Made by a program: the position numbers and the translations under genes
In this document: one piece after another, positions 50,796-60,958 of the stretch
Layout: each line of letters begins with the position of its first letter
Numbering within the stretch: the first letter of the stretch is position 1
Assembly: GCA_023443125.1 (NCBI GenBank)
Contig: JAEZVO010000028.1
Coordinates: 44 to 64,043 of the forward strand
From: Actinomycetes bacterium
Lineage (GTDB): Bacteria; Actinomycetota; Actinomycetes; Propionibacteriales; Propionibacteriaceae
DNA: 64,000 bases
Direction of reading: 5' to 3'
Notes under the pieces: model-generated
What the model was told of the DNA's origin: nothing
Seen by the model: the letters and a program-made list of their open reading frames with translations, nothing else
The model's database searches: none

Positions 50796-52127
50796 GTGGC
50801 TCTTCCCTTCAGGGGTTCGCGTCCGACGCGCACCATCCTGTTCGGTTTCTTACTGGCGCTCATCCTTGGCACCGGGCTGTTGATGCTTCCCATCTCCACG
50901 CAGTCCCCCGGCGGCATCCCGCTCCTGCCAGCGCTGTTCACGGCGACGTCGGCGCTGTGCGTCACGGGGCTGTCCGACGTCGACGTGCCCACGTACTGGA
51001 CCCCGTTCGGGCACGTCGTCATCATGGTTCTCATCCAAATCGGCGGCTTCGGAGTCATGAGCTTCGCGACGCTGCTGAGCCTGCGCGTGATGGGGAAAGT
51101 CTCGCTGGGCAGCCGCATCACGGCGGCGACCGAAGCGCACGGTTCCGTCGGCGGGCTTCGCCCACTACTGCGACGGGTCCTCGTCACCGGCCTCGTGATC
51201 GAGGGCATCGTCATGGCAGCGCTCACCATCCGACTACTCACGCTGGGGTACTCCGTCGGCGATTCCCTCTGGTACGGGCTCTTTCACGCGGTGTCGTCGT
51301 TCAACAATGCCGGGTTCTCGCTGTTCCCCGGCAACATGACGGCCTTCGTCGGCGACTGGGGCATCTGCCTTCCCATCATGGGCGCCATCATCGTCGGCGG
51401 GCTCGGGTTCCCCGTGCTGCACCAGCTCACCCGGGCCTACCGGCATCCACACCGGTGGACCATGCACACCCGCATGGTGCTGTTCGGCACCGCCGTGCTC
51501 CTCGTGCTCTCATCGATCTACGTCACCGTCCTCGAATGGAACAACCCAAAGACGCTGGGTGAACTCCCCTGGCACTCGCGCATCCTCGCCGGGGCGTTCC
51601 AAGCCGTCCAGACCCGCACCGCCGGCTTCAACTCCGTCGACATCGGCTCACTCCACGACTCGACACTGTTCGGCATGGACATGCTGATGTTCATCGGTGG
51701 CGGCCCCGCGGGCACCGCCGGCGGTATCAAAATCACGACGTTCTTCGTCCTGCTGTTCATCGCTTGGGCAGAAATCCGGGGTGACAGCGCCGTCAACATC
51801 TTCGGCCGTCGCCTTTCTCGCTCGCTGCACCGGCAAGCGATCACCGTCGCATTGCTCGCCTCCGCCGTCGTCGGGCTAGCGACGCTCGCGCTGCTCGTGC
51901 TCTCCCCGTTCTCACTCGACCAATCACTCTTCGAAGCCATCTCCGCGTTCGGCACCGTCGGGCTCTCGACGGGGATCACGGCGCAGCTCAACCCCGCATG
52001 CCAGCTGGTCCTCGTCGCCCTTATGATCGTGGGGCGGCTCGGCCCCATCACCGTCGCCACGGCACTCGCAGCACCCACCACGAAGCGGCACTATCAGCTT
52101 CCCAAGGAAAGGCCGATCATTGGTTAA
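50796..52127 (+). CDS. trkH: TrkH/KtrB potassium uptake membrane protein
   Basis: SALCVTGL, FNNAGF, RTAGF, FGTVGLS pore motifs. Confidence 0.93.
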   Translation: MALPFRGSRPTRTILFGFLLALILGTGLLMLPISTQSPGGIPLLPALFTATSALCVTGLSDVDVPTYWTPFGHVVIMVLIQIGGFGVMSFATLLSLRVMGKVSLGSRITAATEAHGSVGGLRPLLRRVLVTGLVIEGIVMAALTIRLLTLGYSVGDSLWYGLFHAVSSFNNAGFSLFPGNMTAFVGDWGICLPIMGAIIVGGLGFPVLHQLTRAYRHPHRWTMHTRMVLFGTAVLLVLSSIYVTVLEWNNPKTLGELPWHSRILAGAFQAVQTRTAGFNSVDIGSLHDSTLFGMDMLMFIGGGPAGTAGGIKITTFFVLLFIAWAEIRGDSAVNIFGRRLSRSLHRQAITVALLASAVVGLATLALLVLSPFSLDQSLFEAISAFGTVGLSTGITAQLNPACQLVLVALMIVGRLGPITVATALAAPTTKRHYQLPKERPIIG

Positions 52128-52809
52128 CCGACTCTCTAGGCGCTCCGTCCACGACAAGCGCGCAGACTCCGTCGCCGTCATCGGCCTCGGGCGTTTCGGC
52201 GCGTCAGTAGCCCTCGAGCTCATGAGCATCGGCGCGGAAGTGTTCGGCATCGATGCCGACGAAGAAGTCGTCCAGCGCTTCAACGGCCAGCTCACCAATG
52301 TGGTGCAGGCAGATACCACCGACGAGGTCGCCCTCCAGGAACTCTCCCTCGCCGAGTTCGACAAAGTCGTGGTCTCCATCGGATCGAAGCTCGAAGCCAG
52401 CATCCTCACCTGCTCGCTGCTGCTGGACATGGGTGTGCCCGACGTGTGGGCGAAGGCGACGAGCATCCCCCACGGCCGCATTCTCAGCCAGCTGGGCGCC
52501 CACCACGTCGTCTACCCCGAAACGGAGATGGGCAGACGCATCGCTCACCGCGTCCGCGGGGCGCTGCTCGACTTCATCGAGATCGGCACCGACTTCGCCC
52601 TTGTGCGCACTGAGGTGCCCGCTGCACTGGCAGGCGGACGAATCGACGAAGCGCTCTTCTGGCGGAAATACAAGGTGAAGCCCGTGGCCGTGAAGTCACC
52701 GTCGCTGGGCTGGATGCCCATCGTGAGCGACACTATCGTCAACGAGGGCGACCTCATCCAGGTCGTCGGCAAGATTGAGCACGTTGAGGCGTTCGCTCGC
52801 GTGCAGTGA
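52120..52809 (+). CDS. trkA: TrkA/KtrA potassium uptake NAD-binding subunit
   Basis: VIGLGRFG Rossmann motif, VVYPE. Confidence 0.92.
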   Translation: MVNRLSRRSVHDKRADSVAVIGLGRFGASVALELMSIGAEVFGIDADEEVVQRFNGQLTNVVQADTTDEVALQELSLAEFDKVVVSIGSKLEASILTCSLLLDMGVPDVWAKATSIPHGRILSQLGAHHVVYPETEMGRRIAHRVRGALLDFIEIGTDFALVRTEVPAALAGGRIDEALFWRKYKVKPVAVKSPSLGWMPIVSDTIVNEGDLIQVVGKIEHVEAFARVQ

Positions 52810-54243
52810 TTAGTTCACCCGAGTGAGTTTCACGTTCCCCTGCTCCACATCGACGCGGTCGATCCGCACGCGAATCACCTCGCCGACGTCGCTCGGTTTG
52901 GCTGTCACGGAAAGTTCCACCGCGGACTCGAAAACCTGCACGACGCCACGCTTATTCTTGGGATTCACGTCGACGAGAACCCCCTCCATCATCTGCCCCT
53001 CGCAACCCGCGAGCACCAGCGCTTCCGCGATATCCATCACGCCTCGCTCGTACGCCCGGGCACGCCTGCCCGATTCACGCATGGCGTCAGGGAGATCGTC
53101 GAGCCCATCGAGCGCCCACTGCGGAATGTCCTGGCCCTGCGCGTGGGCGAGGCAGATTTCCAGCACGTAGCGGTCAACCAGCCGGCGCAAGGGCGCTGTC
53201 GTGTGCGTGTACGGAGCACCGAGCGCAGCCTGGGCGAGGTCTCCGTCGGGCGCGCCACCTGTGAACGTGCGGTAGTCAGCGCCGCGGAACAACACGGTGC
53301 ACTTCATCAGCACAGCCAGTTGCTGAGGATCGTTCGGATCGAGGCGTCGCACGAAGTCAGGGTACGTTTCCGCGTCATCCCACGGCACGCCGATGGTGGC
53401 CGAAGCGCGCTTGAGCCGTCGGACAGATTCTGGCTCGGCTGCGGGGAGGGTGCGCAGCACGCCGGTGCCGCCGTCGATCTGCATCTGAGCCGCCACGAAC
53501 CCTGTCAGCAGTGAGATTTGCGCGTTCCAATCCTCGACGGGATGCAGCGTGCGGAATGTGAGGCTCCAGGCGTCCTCATTTTCGACAATCTCTTGTTCCG
53601 GCAGGTTGAGGGAGATGCCGCCCCGCTCCCGCTCCAACTGCTGGCGCAGCCGTCCCACCTCGGGCAGCAGCGCGACGCTGGGATGCGCGCGACCGGCGTC
53701 GACGTCGGTCTGTACCTGGTCGTAGTTGAGCTTCTCCCGGTTGCGCACCATCGCCCGCTCGACGGTGGCCTCTCGCACCCGACCCTCAGCGTCGAGATGG
53801 TGGCTCCACAGCACGGCGGGACGGGCTTTCCCGTCAGCCAAGAGCGACGCCGCGTCCTCCGATAGCGCCGGCGGGTGCAGCGGAACGCGTGCCCCCGGAG
53901 CGTAGAGGGTCTGCCCCCGACGATGCGCCTCCACGTCGATCGGCGAGCCCGGCTCCACCCAGTGCCCGACGTCAGCGATGGCGTAGTGCACGACGAAGCC
54001 GTCGTCCTCCCGTGCGATGTGCATGGCCTGGTCCAGGTCCATCGACGATGCCGGATCAATCGTGACGAACTCGATGTCCGTCCTATCGACGTGCCCCTCG
54101 CAGGCCGGTGGGTGCTGGCGCAGCTGCTCTGCCTGGTCGAGCACTGCCTTCGGGAACTCGAGCGGCAACTCCAGCTTGCGCTGCAGCTTCGCTATCGCGG
54201 AGCGCGCCTTCTGCGGCACTTCGTTGAGGCGATGGTGGCGCAT
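52810..54243 (-). CDS. RNB-domain ribonuclease (RNase II family)
   Basis: TIDPASSMDLDQA, YTHTTAPLRRLVDR. Confidence 0.9.
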   Translation of the reverse strand: MRHHRLNEVPQKARSAIAKLQRKLELPLEFPKAVLDQAEQLRQHPPACEGHVDRTDIEFVTIDPASSMDLDQAMHIAREDDGFVVHYAIADVGHWVEPGSPIDVEAHRRGQTLYAPGARVPLHPPALSEDAASLLADGKARPAVLWSHHLDAEGRVREATVERAMVRNREKLNYDQVQTDVDAGRAHPSVALLPEVGRLRQQLERERGGISLNLPEQEIVENEDAWSLTFRTLHPVEDWNAQISLLTGFVAAQMQIDGGTGVLRTLPAAEPESVRRLKRASATIGVPWDDAETYPDFVRRLDPNDPQQLAVLMKCTVLFRGADYRTFTGGAPDGDLAQAALGAPYTHTTAPLRRLVDRYVLEICLAHAQGQDIPQWALDGLDDLPDAMRESGRRARAYERGVMDIAEALVLAGCEGQMMEGVLVDVNPKNKRGVVQVFESAVELSVTAKPSDVGEVIRVRIDRVDVEQGNVKLTRVN

Positions 54244-54250
54244 GGCAGGT

Positions 54251-54985
54251 TCACTGCTCCTTGGTACGCACCAGAATGCGATCGCACTCCGGGCAGCGCA
54301 GCACCGCGTTGGCGGGCGCCCGCTGGATGTCGTTGAGGTCCGACACGTTCAGCTGCAACTGGCAGCCCCCGCACCGCCCACCGGTGAGGGCCCCGGCGCC
54401 CGAACCCGACGTCGCCCGGATCTTCTCGTACAAGTCGAGCAGCGGGCCCTGCAGCTTCGACGCGAGCTCCTTGCGAGACTTCGCCAGACCGACCGCCTCC
54501 GCCTTGAGCTCCGCCACGGCTGTGTCCCTGGCAGTGACCTCGTCGCGCAACTGCTGCTCAACGGCTTCCTTCTTCTGGGCGAGCTGGTCGCGGTGCGTCG
54601 CGGCTTCCTCGGCCCGGCTCATCGCTTCCAGCTGCTCGTCTTCCAACGTCGCGATGCGCCCGGTGAGGTGTTCGATCTCGGCGACGAGCCCCTGCACGGC
54701 CTTCGCATCGGTGACGCTGCCGTCGTCGAGACGCTGCTGGTCACGCTCGAGCCGGGCCCGCACCGGCACCAGATCAGATTCGGCACGGCGCGAGGCCACG
54801 TCCAGGTCGTCGGCGTTCGTAGTGGCTGCGGTGAGCGCGTCGGAGAGTTCCCGACGCTGTTCCATCAGCGAAGCGATTGCCTGATGCTGCGGCAGCGAAT
54901 TCGCGAGATGCGTCACGCGAGCGATGTCGGAGTCGAGTCCGGCCAGGCGCAGGAGTTCGCGCTGTACCGCTGGTTCGGCTTGCAT
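54251..54985 (-). CDS. Coiled-coil plus C4 zinc-ribbon protein (DUF164 type)
   Basis: CGGC...CPECDRILVR C-terminus. Confidence 0.88.
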   Translation of the reverse strand: MQAEPAVQRELLRLAGLDSDIARVTHLANSLPQHQAIASLMEQRRELSDALTAATTNADDLDVASRRAESDLVPVRARLERDQQRLDDGSVTDAKAVQGLVAEIEHLTGRIATLEDEQLEAMSRAEEAATHRDQLAQKKEAVEQQLRDEVTARDTAVAELKAEAVGLAKSRKELASKLQGPLLDLYEKIRATSGSGAGALTGGRCGGCQLQLNVSDLNDIQRAPANAVLRCPECDRILVRTKEQ

Positions 54986-55038
54986 CAGTTGATTCCTCTT
55001 CCCTGTTGGATTGTGTTGGTGCGTGGCCTTCGTGGGCG

Positions 55039-56388
55039 TTAGAGCGTGAGTCGTTCGCGGACGACGGCGGCGAGCGACTCGGCGATGGAGTCGGCTTCGT
55101 CCTGTGTAGGCGCCTCTACCATGACGCGCACCACCGGCTCTGTGCCCGACGGCCGCAGCAGCACGCGGCCAGTGTCGCCCAGTTGCATGGAGGCGTCTGC
55201 GACGGCGCGGTTGACGTCGTTATCGACGCCTGCGCGCAGCTTGTCGACGCCCCGAACGTTGATGAGCGCCTGCGGGAATACCGTCATGACCTTCGCGAGT
55301 TCCGCAAGCGGTTTGCCAGTTTTCACCATCCGAGCCGCCAGGTGCAGGCCGGTGAGGGTGCCGTCGCCCGTGTTCGCGAACTCGTTGATGATGACGTGCC
55401 CGGATTGCTCACCGCCGAGGGCAAAGCCGTTGGCGTTCATCGATTCGAGGACGTAGCGGTCGCCCACCTTAGTCTGGTCGACGCGGATGCCGTGCTCACG
55501 CATGGCCTTCACCAAGCCAAGGTTGCTCATCACGGTGGCGACGAGCGTGTCCGAGATGAGCCGGTGCTCTTCCTTCATGGCCACCGCCAGAATTGCCAAG
55601 ATTTGGTCGCCGTTCACGAGGTTGCCATCGGCATCGACGGCGAGACAGCGGTCGGCGTCTCCGTCGAGGGCGATGCCGAGGTCGGCTCCCACTTCCGTGA
55701 CGCGTTGCATGAGCGACTCCATGTGGGTAGAGCCGCAGTTGTCGTTGATGTTGATGCCGTCTGGGTGGTTGTGCATCGGGATGACCTTGGCGCCCTTGGC
55801 CTGGAACGCTTCGATCGCGGTGGTGGAGGCCGCACCGTTAGCGGTGTCGATCACGACGGTGAGCCCCTCCAGCGAGGTGTCACCGAGCGAGTTGGTGAGG
55901 TGATCGACGTACTTCTGGTGGAGGTCAACGTCGGATCGAACCCGACCAACCGCCGCGCCCGTGGGACGCGTCCATTCCTCACCCATGTGCGATTCGATGG
56001 CGTCCTCGAGGTCGTCGGCAAGCTTCACGCCACCGCGCGAGAAGAACTTGATGCCGTTGTCAGGCATGGCGTTGTGTGAGGCAGAGATCATCACGCCCAA
56101 GTCAGCATTGATCTCGTCAACCAGGAACGCGACGCCTGGCGTCGGTAGTACGTCGACGAGCACCACGTCGATGCCTGCCGAGGCCAGCCCGGCCACGACT
56201 GCGGCTTCAAGGAATTCGCCGCTGGCACGCGGGTCACGCCCCACCACGGCGAAAGGTTTGGTGCTGCGAAGCGCTCCGGCTTCACCCAAGATGTGTGCAG
56301 CGGCGACGGAAAGGTCGAGCGCCAATTCCGCGGTGAGTTCGACGTTGGCGGTGCCGCGTACGCCGTCGGTTCCAAAAAGACGTGCCAT
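55039..56388 (-). CDS. glmM: Phosphoglucosamine mutase
   Basis: [37 protein letters not shown]. Confidence 0.95.
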   Translation of the reverse strand: MARLFGTDGVRGTANVELTAELALDLSVAAAHILGEAGALRSTKPFAVVGRDPRASGEFLEAAVVAGLASAGIDVVLVDVLPTPGVAFLVDEINADLGVMISASHNAMPDNGIKFFSRGGVKLADDLEDAIESHMGEEWTRPTGAAVGRVRSDVDLHQKYVDHLTNSLGDTSLEGLTVVIDTANGAASTTAIEAFQAKGAKVIPMHNHPDGININDNCGSTHMESLMQRVTEVGADLGIALDGDADRCLAVDADGNLVNGDQILAILAVAMKEEHRLISDTLVATVMSNLGLVKAMREHGIRVDQTKVGDRYVLESMNANGFALGGEQSGHVIINEFANTGDGTLTGLHLAARMVKTGKPLAELAKVMTVFPQALINVRGVDKLRAGVDNDVNRAVADASMQLGDTGRVLLRPSGTEPVVRVMVEAPTQDEADSIAESLAAVVRERLTL

Positions 56389-56474
56389 AAAACGCAACAG
56401 TACTCGCGATACCGCGTTCTTGGCGAGGAGCCGCCCGTCGCCCACCGTGAAACCGCAGCGGTATCGACGGCCAA

Positions 56475-56555
56475 AACTGCAAAACTCGCCATCAGTGGAT
56501 GCCCTCACGCGGGAGCTGAGCGTGCGCCTTACCACTGATGGCGAGTTTTGCAGTT
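56475..56555. repeat. Long hairpin repeat family B, copy 2 (24-bp perfect stem)
   Basis: aactgcaaaactcgccatcagtgg...ccactgatggcgagttttgcagtt. Confidence 0.9.
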
Positions 56556-56602
56556 CTTCTGGCGATGCCCCGCCTCTGGGCACGGCCGTCGCCGAAAACA
56601 AC

Positions 56603-56639
56603 GATGTGGGGCAGGCCCTTGCCGGACCTGCCCCACATC
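56603..56639 (-). terminator. Hairpin after rpsI
   Basis: gatgtggggcagg...cctgccccacatc with a T-run on the minus strand. Confidence 0.75.
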
Positions 56640-56652
56640 GAAAGAGCGTTGA

Positions 56653-57177
56653 TCAGCGCTTGCTGTACTGAGGTGCCTTGCGGGCCTTCTTGAGACCAGC
56701 CTTCTTGCGCTCGGGCACGCGGGCGTCGCGGGTGAGGAGCCCAGCCTTCTTGAGCGCGGGGCGCGAGGCCTCGGCGTCGACGGCGTTCAGCGCGCGAGCG
56801 ATTGCCAGGCGCAGGGCACCGGCCTGACCCGACGGGCCGCCGCCCACGATGCGGGCCACGACGTCGTAGGAACCGACGAGGCCGGCGACGACGAAGGGCT
56901 CGTTGATGGCCTGCTGATGCAGCTTGTTGGGGAAGTAGTCTTCCAGAGTGCGGCCATTGATGGACCACGAGCCGGAACCGGGGATGATCCGGACGCGGGC
57001 GATAGCCTGCTTCCGACGGCCGACGGCCTGACCAGGGGCCACGACGACGGGCCGAGACTGGGCGCCTTCAGCGGCGGCCGGGTTGGAATCGGAGCGGTAG
57101 GCGATCTCGCGATTCTCTTCATCAGTGAACGGCGTGATCTCGTCGCTCACGGTCTCCTCGACAACTTCAGTGCTCAT
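56653..57177 (-). CDS. rpsI: 30S ribosomal protein S9
   Basis: [39 protein letters not shown]. Confidence 0.97.
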   Translation of the reverse strand: MSTEVVEETVSDEITPFTDEENREIAYRSDSNPAAAEGAQSRPVVVAPGQAVGRRKQAIARVRIIPGSGSWSINGRTLEDYFPNKLHQQAINEPFVVAGLVGSYDVVARIVGGGPSGQAGALRLAIARALNAVDAEASRPALKKAGLLTRDARVPERKKAGLKKARKAPQYSKR

Positions 57178-57196
57178 ATATGTCTCTGCGCTCTCG

Positions 57197-57640
57197 TTAC
57201 TGGGCGATCTGGGTGATCTCGTACGGCTGCGGCTTCTGCGCAGCGTGGGGGTGCTCAGGGCCGGCGTACACCTTGAGCTTGCCGATGAGCTGACGCGACA
57301 GCTTGTTCTTCGGCAGCATGCCCCACACAGCACGCTCGACAGCCTTGCGCGGGTTCTTCTCCAGCAGCTCGCCGATGGAGGACTGCTTCAGCCCGCCCGG
57401 ACGGCCGGAGTGAGAGTAGCGCATCGACTTCTGAGCCTTGTCGCCGGTGAGCGCGATCTTCGACGCGTTGACGACAATCACGAAGTCGCCACCGTCGACG
57501 TGCGGGGCGAAAGTGGCCTTGTGCTTGCCACGCAGCAACGTTGCGGCAGTTACCGCGAGACGTCCGAGGACAACATCCTCGGCATCAATCACATACCAGT
57601 TCCTGGCGATATCGCCTGGCTTGGGGGTGTACGTAGTCAC
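57197..57640 (-). CDS. rplM: 50S ribosomal protein L13
   Basis: [36 protein letters not shown] start. Confidence 0.97.
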   Translation of the reverse strand: MTTYTPKPGDIARNWYVIDAEDVVLGRLAVTAATLLRGKHKATFAPHVDGGDFVIVVNASKIALTGDKAQKSMRYSHSGRPGGLKQSSIGELLEKNPRKAVERAVWGMLPKNKLSRQLIGKLKVYAGPEHPHAAQKPQPYEITQIAQ

Positions 57641-57840
57641 GGACGCAGACCAACTTCCAGTTTGTGTACTTCTTGCCTTGGGATTGCGTCCCAGGGCACG
57701 TGAGCCAGCCCGCAGGATGCGCAACAGCTACCTACCCTAGAACAGGGAAGGCCTTCGGTCAAAATCCGCACACCGTGGCGCGAAAAACCTCCGCGACGAG
57801 CGTACCGCACGGTGCCCGACGAGCTACTACGCTGAGGCGC

Positions 57841-58278
57841 ATGCGCATCGTGGTACAAAGAGCAAAGACCGGCAAGGTCACCGTTGACGGCGAGGTAGTG
57901 GGGCAGCTCCCCTCCCCTGGGCTCGTGCTGCTCGTGGGCATCACGCACGACGACACCCCCGAGATCGCCGCGAAGCTCGCCAAGAAGCTGTGGACTCTGC
58001 GCATCCTCGACGGGGAAGTGTCCGCGAGCGATGTGGATGCCCCAATCCTGGCCGTGAGCCAATTCACCCTCTACGCGGACATCCGCAAGGGCCGGCGCCC
58101 GTCGTGGTCGAAGGCCGCACCGGGGCCGGTCAGCGGCCCGTTGTTCGAGCGTTTCGTTGAGGAGCTGCGAGCCCTCGGCGCGCACGTCGAGACGGGCCAG
58201 TTTGGCGCCATGATGGACGTGGAGCTCGTCAACGACGGCCCCGTCACCATCTGGTTGGATTCCGACGAGCTGTGCTGA
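57841..58278 (+). CDS. dtd: D-aminoacyl-tRNA deacylase
   Basis: MRIVVQR, SQFTL, GRRPS, NDGPVT. Confidence 0.96.
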   Translation: MRIVVQRAKTGKVTVDGEVVGQLPSPGLVLLVGITHDDTPEIAAKLAKKLWTLRILDGEVSASDVDAPILAVSQFTLYADIRKGRRPSWSKAAPGPVSGPLFERFVEELRALGAHVETGQFGAMMDVELVNDGPVTIWLDSDELC

Positions 58279-58309
58279 GACGCGTCGGCGTTCCGGCGCG
58301 GGTGTTGCG

Positions 58310-58587
58310 CGGAGAACATCGAGGCAGCATGGCGCCAGTGGCTCACGGACCTCATTGGAGGTGATCATCCGGTGAATGTTGTCCGGTTGGGTTTTGACCG
58401 GGTGGGGCGACTATTAGAGGTCGGTGCGCAAAGGCTGGATGATGGAGACAAGGTGATCGTGTTCCATGCGATGCCTGATGGACTGCCGGTGTGGCTGAAC
58501 AGGCAGCTGGCCGAACGAGCTCATGTTGAGGGGCGCAGCGAGCTGGGGATCATCCAAGAAGCCCTCACTCGCTACCTCGCAGCCTGA
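58310..58587 (+). pseudogene. Fused remnant of a toxin gene and an RHH/CopG antitoxin gene
   Basis: IEAAW...LGFDRVGRLLEVG...IVFHAMP joined in-frame to LAERAHVEGRSELGIIQEALTRYLAA. Confidence 0.55.
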
Positions 58588-58889
58588 GATAGCTGCCGCT
58601 TCGCTCCTACGGAAGAATCTCCCTGGGAGGCCCCGGAATTATCTGACTTGGCTTCGTGGCGCATCTTGCCTATCCAAGAGGGGCGGTCTGGGGGCAGAGC
58701 ACACCACACGCAATAAGGTAAACAAAATTCGGGAGTTTCGTTTGAGGAGGGCACGATGAGCGAGGAGTACGGAACTGTAGGCGGTGTGCCAGTCTCCGAA
58801 GATGACATTGCGGCGATGGTGGCGAACGCGGAAGCCGGGTTCCCTGGCGTGACGATGCGGCGGGCTCGCCCTGTGCGTCCGTCGATGGG

Positions 58890-59143
58890 CATTGCCCGCA
58901 GGTTATCAATCTTATGCTTGTTCCATATCTTATCCCATCCGAAACCTTTATCTGATGTGGCGTCATAGAATCCCCTTCGCAGCGGTATTGAAGTACGAAG
59001 CTTCGGGTTATAGGTTCTCTGTATCACTTGGCTTGAAGGATACCCAGGTGGCGGCGGTGCGGCGGATGAAGTTGATGACCCTGCTGATACAATTACCATC
59101 GACGTCAGCAAAGCAGCTATACAACACGAGCTAAATTTTTCAT
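58890..59143 (-). pseudogene. Truncated secreted protein (toxin-like)
   Basis: Signal-peptide-like start with a 1-nt frameshift; IPLRRGFYD...GFGWDKIWNKH. Confidence 0.45.
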
Positions 59144-59196
59144 TGGATAGATTCCTATCTTCTAGGTTTTACAAGACACTCCACGGGAAATTACAG

Positions 59197-59616
59197 ATGA
59201 ACTTTATGTCTCCACGTGATGCTTACATTTATTACTTTAAATACCACCTCCAGATCTCACCCGAACTACGCAACATGGTACTGGGTCTTTGGGTCAGCGA
59301 TCCATTAGATATAGTTCAAGTAGTGTACAGAGTTGAAGCCAGTAGCCTCCTACGTGGCATAGCTCGGTACGAGCCAGTGGAGGACTGGGATGGCAAGGTT
59401 CCGAATCCACCAAAACTAGAGGCTATGGATCCAGAGTCTATTGTAAGAGTGTTCAGTCACATTGACACTGCAAACAGCGCTATTTACCATATGGCAATGA
59501 TGCTCGCTATAGATATTCGCGAACCTAGCGATATACAAGTAATAGATAATGGAATCGGGTGGATCGGCGAGCCTATAGATTTACTTCCTGACAGATATAA
59601 GGTTCCTTTGTGGTAA
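59197..59616 (+). CDS. AT-rich hypothetical protein
   Basis: Open about 140 aa in low-GC DNA; start uncertain. Confidence 0.6.
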   Translation: MNFMSPRDAYIYYFKYHLQISPELRNMVLGLWVSDPLDIVQVVYRVEASSLLRGIARYEPVEDWDGKVPNPPKLEAMDPESIVRVFSHIDTANSAIYHMAMMLAIDIREPSDIQVIDNGIGWIGEPIDLLPDRYKVPLW

Positions 59617-59819
59617 AAGATGCGCCTGCGAGGGGAAAGCAAGAGACTCAAGGCAACAATCTTGGGTGTCCTCGCCATGGCCTGTGGCGCCGGCAGACCC
59701 CTATCGGCAACGTCCCGACCCCAGACGCGGCCCTAACAGCGCGCCAGACGACCTCGGAGCTCATTCGGGATGCTCTTAGCGCCTATCTCGCTGCCTAATT
59801 CTGTGCCGACTGGATCTGG

Positions 59820-60122
59820 TCACGAAGTGCGCGCTGGGAGGGCGTCAATAGTAACTCGGGCATCCGGGTGACCTTTGAGGGCCTCCAGGGCCTCGCGGTC
59901 GTCGTCGCTGATGTGGGTCTGCATGTGATTGCGTCCGGCTGTCGTAGCGAGTCGGGATTGGCTCACGACGGTGCCGACCTCGCCGCACACGAGGCACTCC
60001 CACCGCACGCCGGGGCCGGAGGGCAGGATCACAGCGTCGAGAACTTTTCCGTCCAGGAACTCACGACGAAGTTGGGCCCATTCACGAGCCCACGCTTTCT
60101 TTTGCTCGCCGTAGCTCATCAC
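59820..60122 (-). CDS. Plasmid hypothetical protein with CxxC...HxxxH zinc-finger-like motif
   Basis: WECLVCG...RNHMQTH; overlaps the repB stop. Confidence 0.6.
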   Translation of the reverse strand: MMSYGEQKKAWAREWAQLRREFLDGKVLDAVILPSGPGVRWECLVCGEVGTVVSQSRLATTAGRNHMQTHISDDDREALEALKGHPDARVTIDALPARTS

Positions 60123-60436
60123 TCGAACCCCGGAAGCATCGGGCCGCGGGCGGCCTCCTCTGCTTCTCGGGCACGCTCTTTCCGGGCACGGAACGCGCGC
60201 TGTCTAACGGTGTCGACGTGGAGGCAAAAGTGCTTTGCTGTTTCGTCCCATGAGTGTCCACCCTCGTCGTGATAGGCGCGGATCGCTTCTCGCTCGGCGG
60301 CTTTGTCGGCAAGCCACTGCTCACGGGATTGCGAGGTCCAGCGCTGGGCGGTGCGTACGGAAGCTCCAGCTCGTCGTGCAGCGTCCTTGGCAGTAAGGGT
60401 TCCGCGACTGACGCGCTCGCCGGGAAGAATGGTCAT
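60119..60436 (-). CDS. repB: Plasmid replication protein RepB (HTH)
   Basis: TAKDAARRAGASVRTAQRWTS...SWDETAKHF...TVRQRA; ATGA-coupled to the repA fragment. Confidence 0.75.
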   Translation of the reverse strand: MTILPGERVSRGTLTAKDAARRAGASVRTAQRWTSQSREQWLADKAAEREAIRAYHDEGGHSWDETAKHFCLHVDTVRQRAFRARKERAREAEEAARGPMLPGFE

Positions 60437-60789
60437 GTCGGGTTCTCCCATCGTGATCGTGCCGCTGCGTGGCGCACTTCGTTGCCTTGTTTACTGAGTG
60501 CTGTCTGGCGGGCGCGGAAGGTTTGGCGGGTCGTGCGGCGCCAGGTCCAGCGGGCGATAGATCGGGCGAGGTGGGTCACTTCGGCGTAAGTGAGGGGTCC
60601 TCGGGTGAAGTCGTTGGCCATGACAGTTTCGTTGCGTTGCCAGGCGTAGGCGAACACATCCGTTTCCCAGGTTCCTTGTGGGCCGTCCCAGTGGCTTCGG
60701 ATAGCGCGGTAAGCCCAATGTCTTGTGAGGTCAAACAGCGCGACATTGCGGCCTACAGCAGACTTGCTGAGGGTCTTGCGGAGGTTGTT
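60433..60789 (-). pseudogene. repA: ColE2/pAL5000-type replicase RepA, C-terminal (PriCT) fragment
   Basis: [15 protein letters not shown]...PLTYAEVTHLARSIARWTW; cut at the dtd repeat. Confidence 0.82.
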
Positions 60790-60958
60790 GGGGCCGGTCA
60801 GCGGCCCGATGTTCGAGCGTTTCGTTGAGGAGCTGCGAGCCCTCGGCGCGCACGTCGAGACTGGTCAGTTCGGCGCCATGATGGATGTGGAGCGCGTCAA
60901 CGACGGCCCCGTCACCATCTGGTTAGATTCCGACGAGCTGTGCTGAGACGCGTCGGCG

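Larger units (their letters stand above)
58756..59798 (+). pseudogene. CopG/RHH-family gene split by an AT-rich insert
   Basis: AGGAGG plus MSEEYGTVGGVPVSEDDIAAMVANAEAG...RPSMG at 58756; TTSELIRDALSAYLAA at about 59750. Confidence 0.55.

Noticed and set aside
50426..51562. ORFs overlapping rnpB
   Set aside because: The region is RNase P RNA and trkH in another frame.
60725..60946. Second dtd gene
   Set aside because: Only the duplicated 3' 170 bp; it lacks the N-terminal half including SQFTL.
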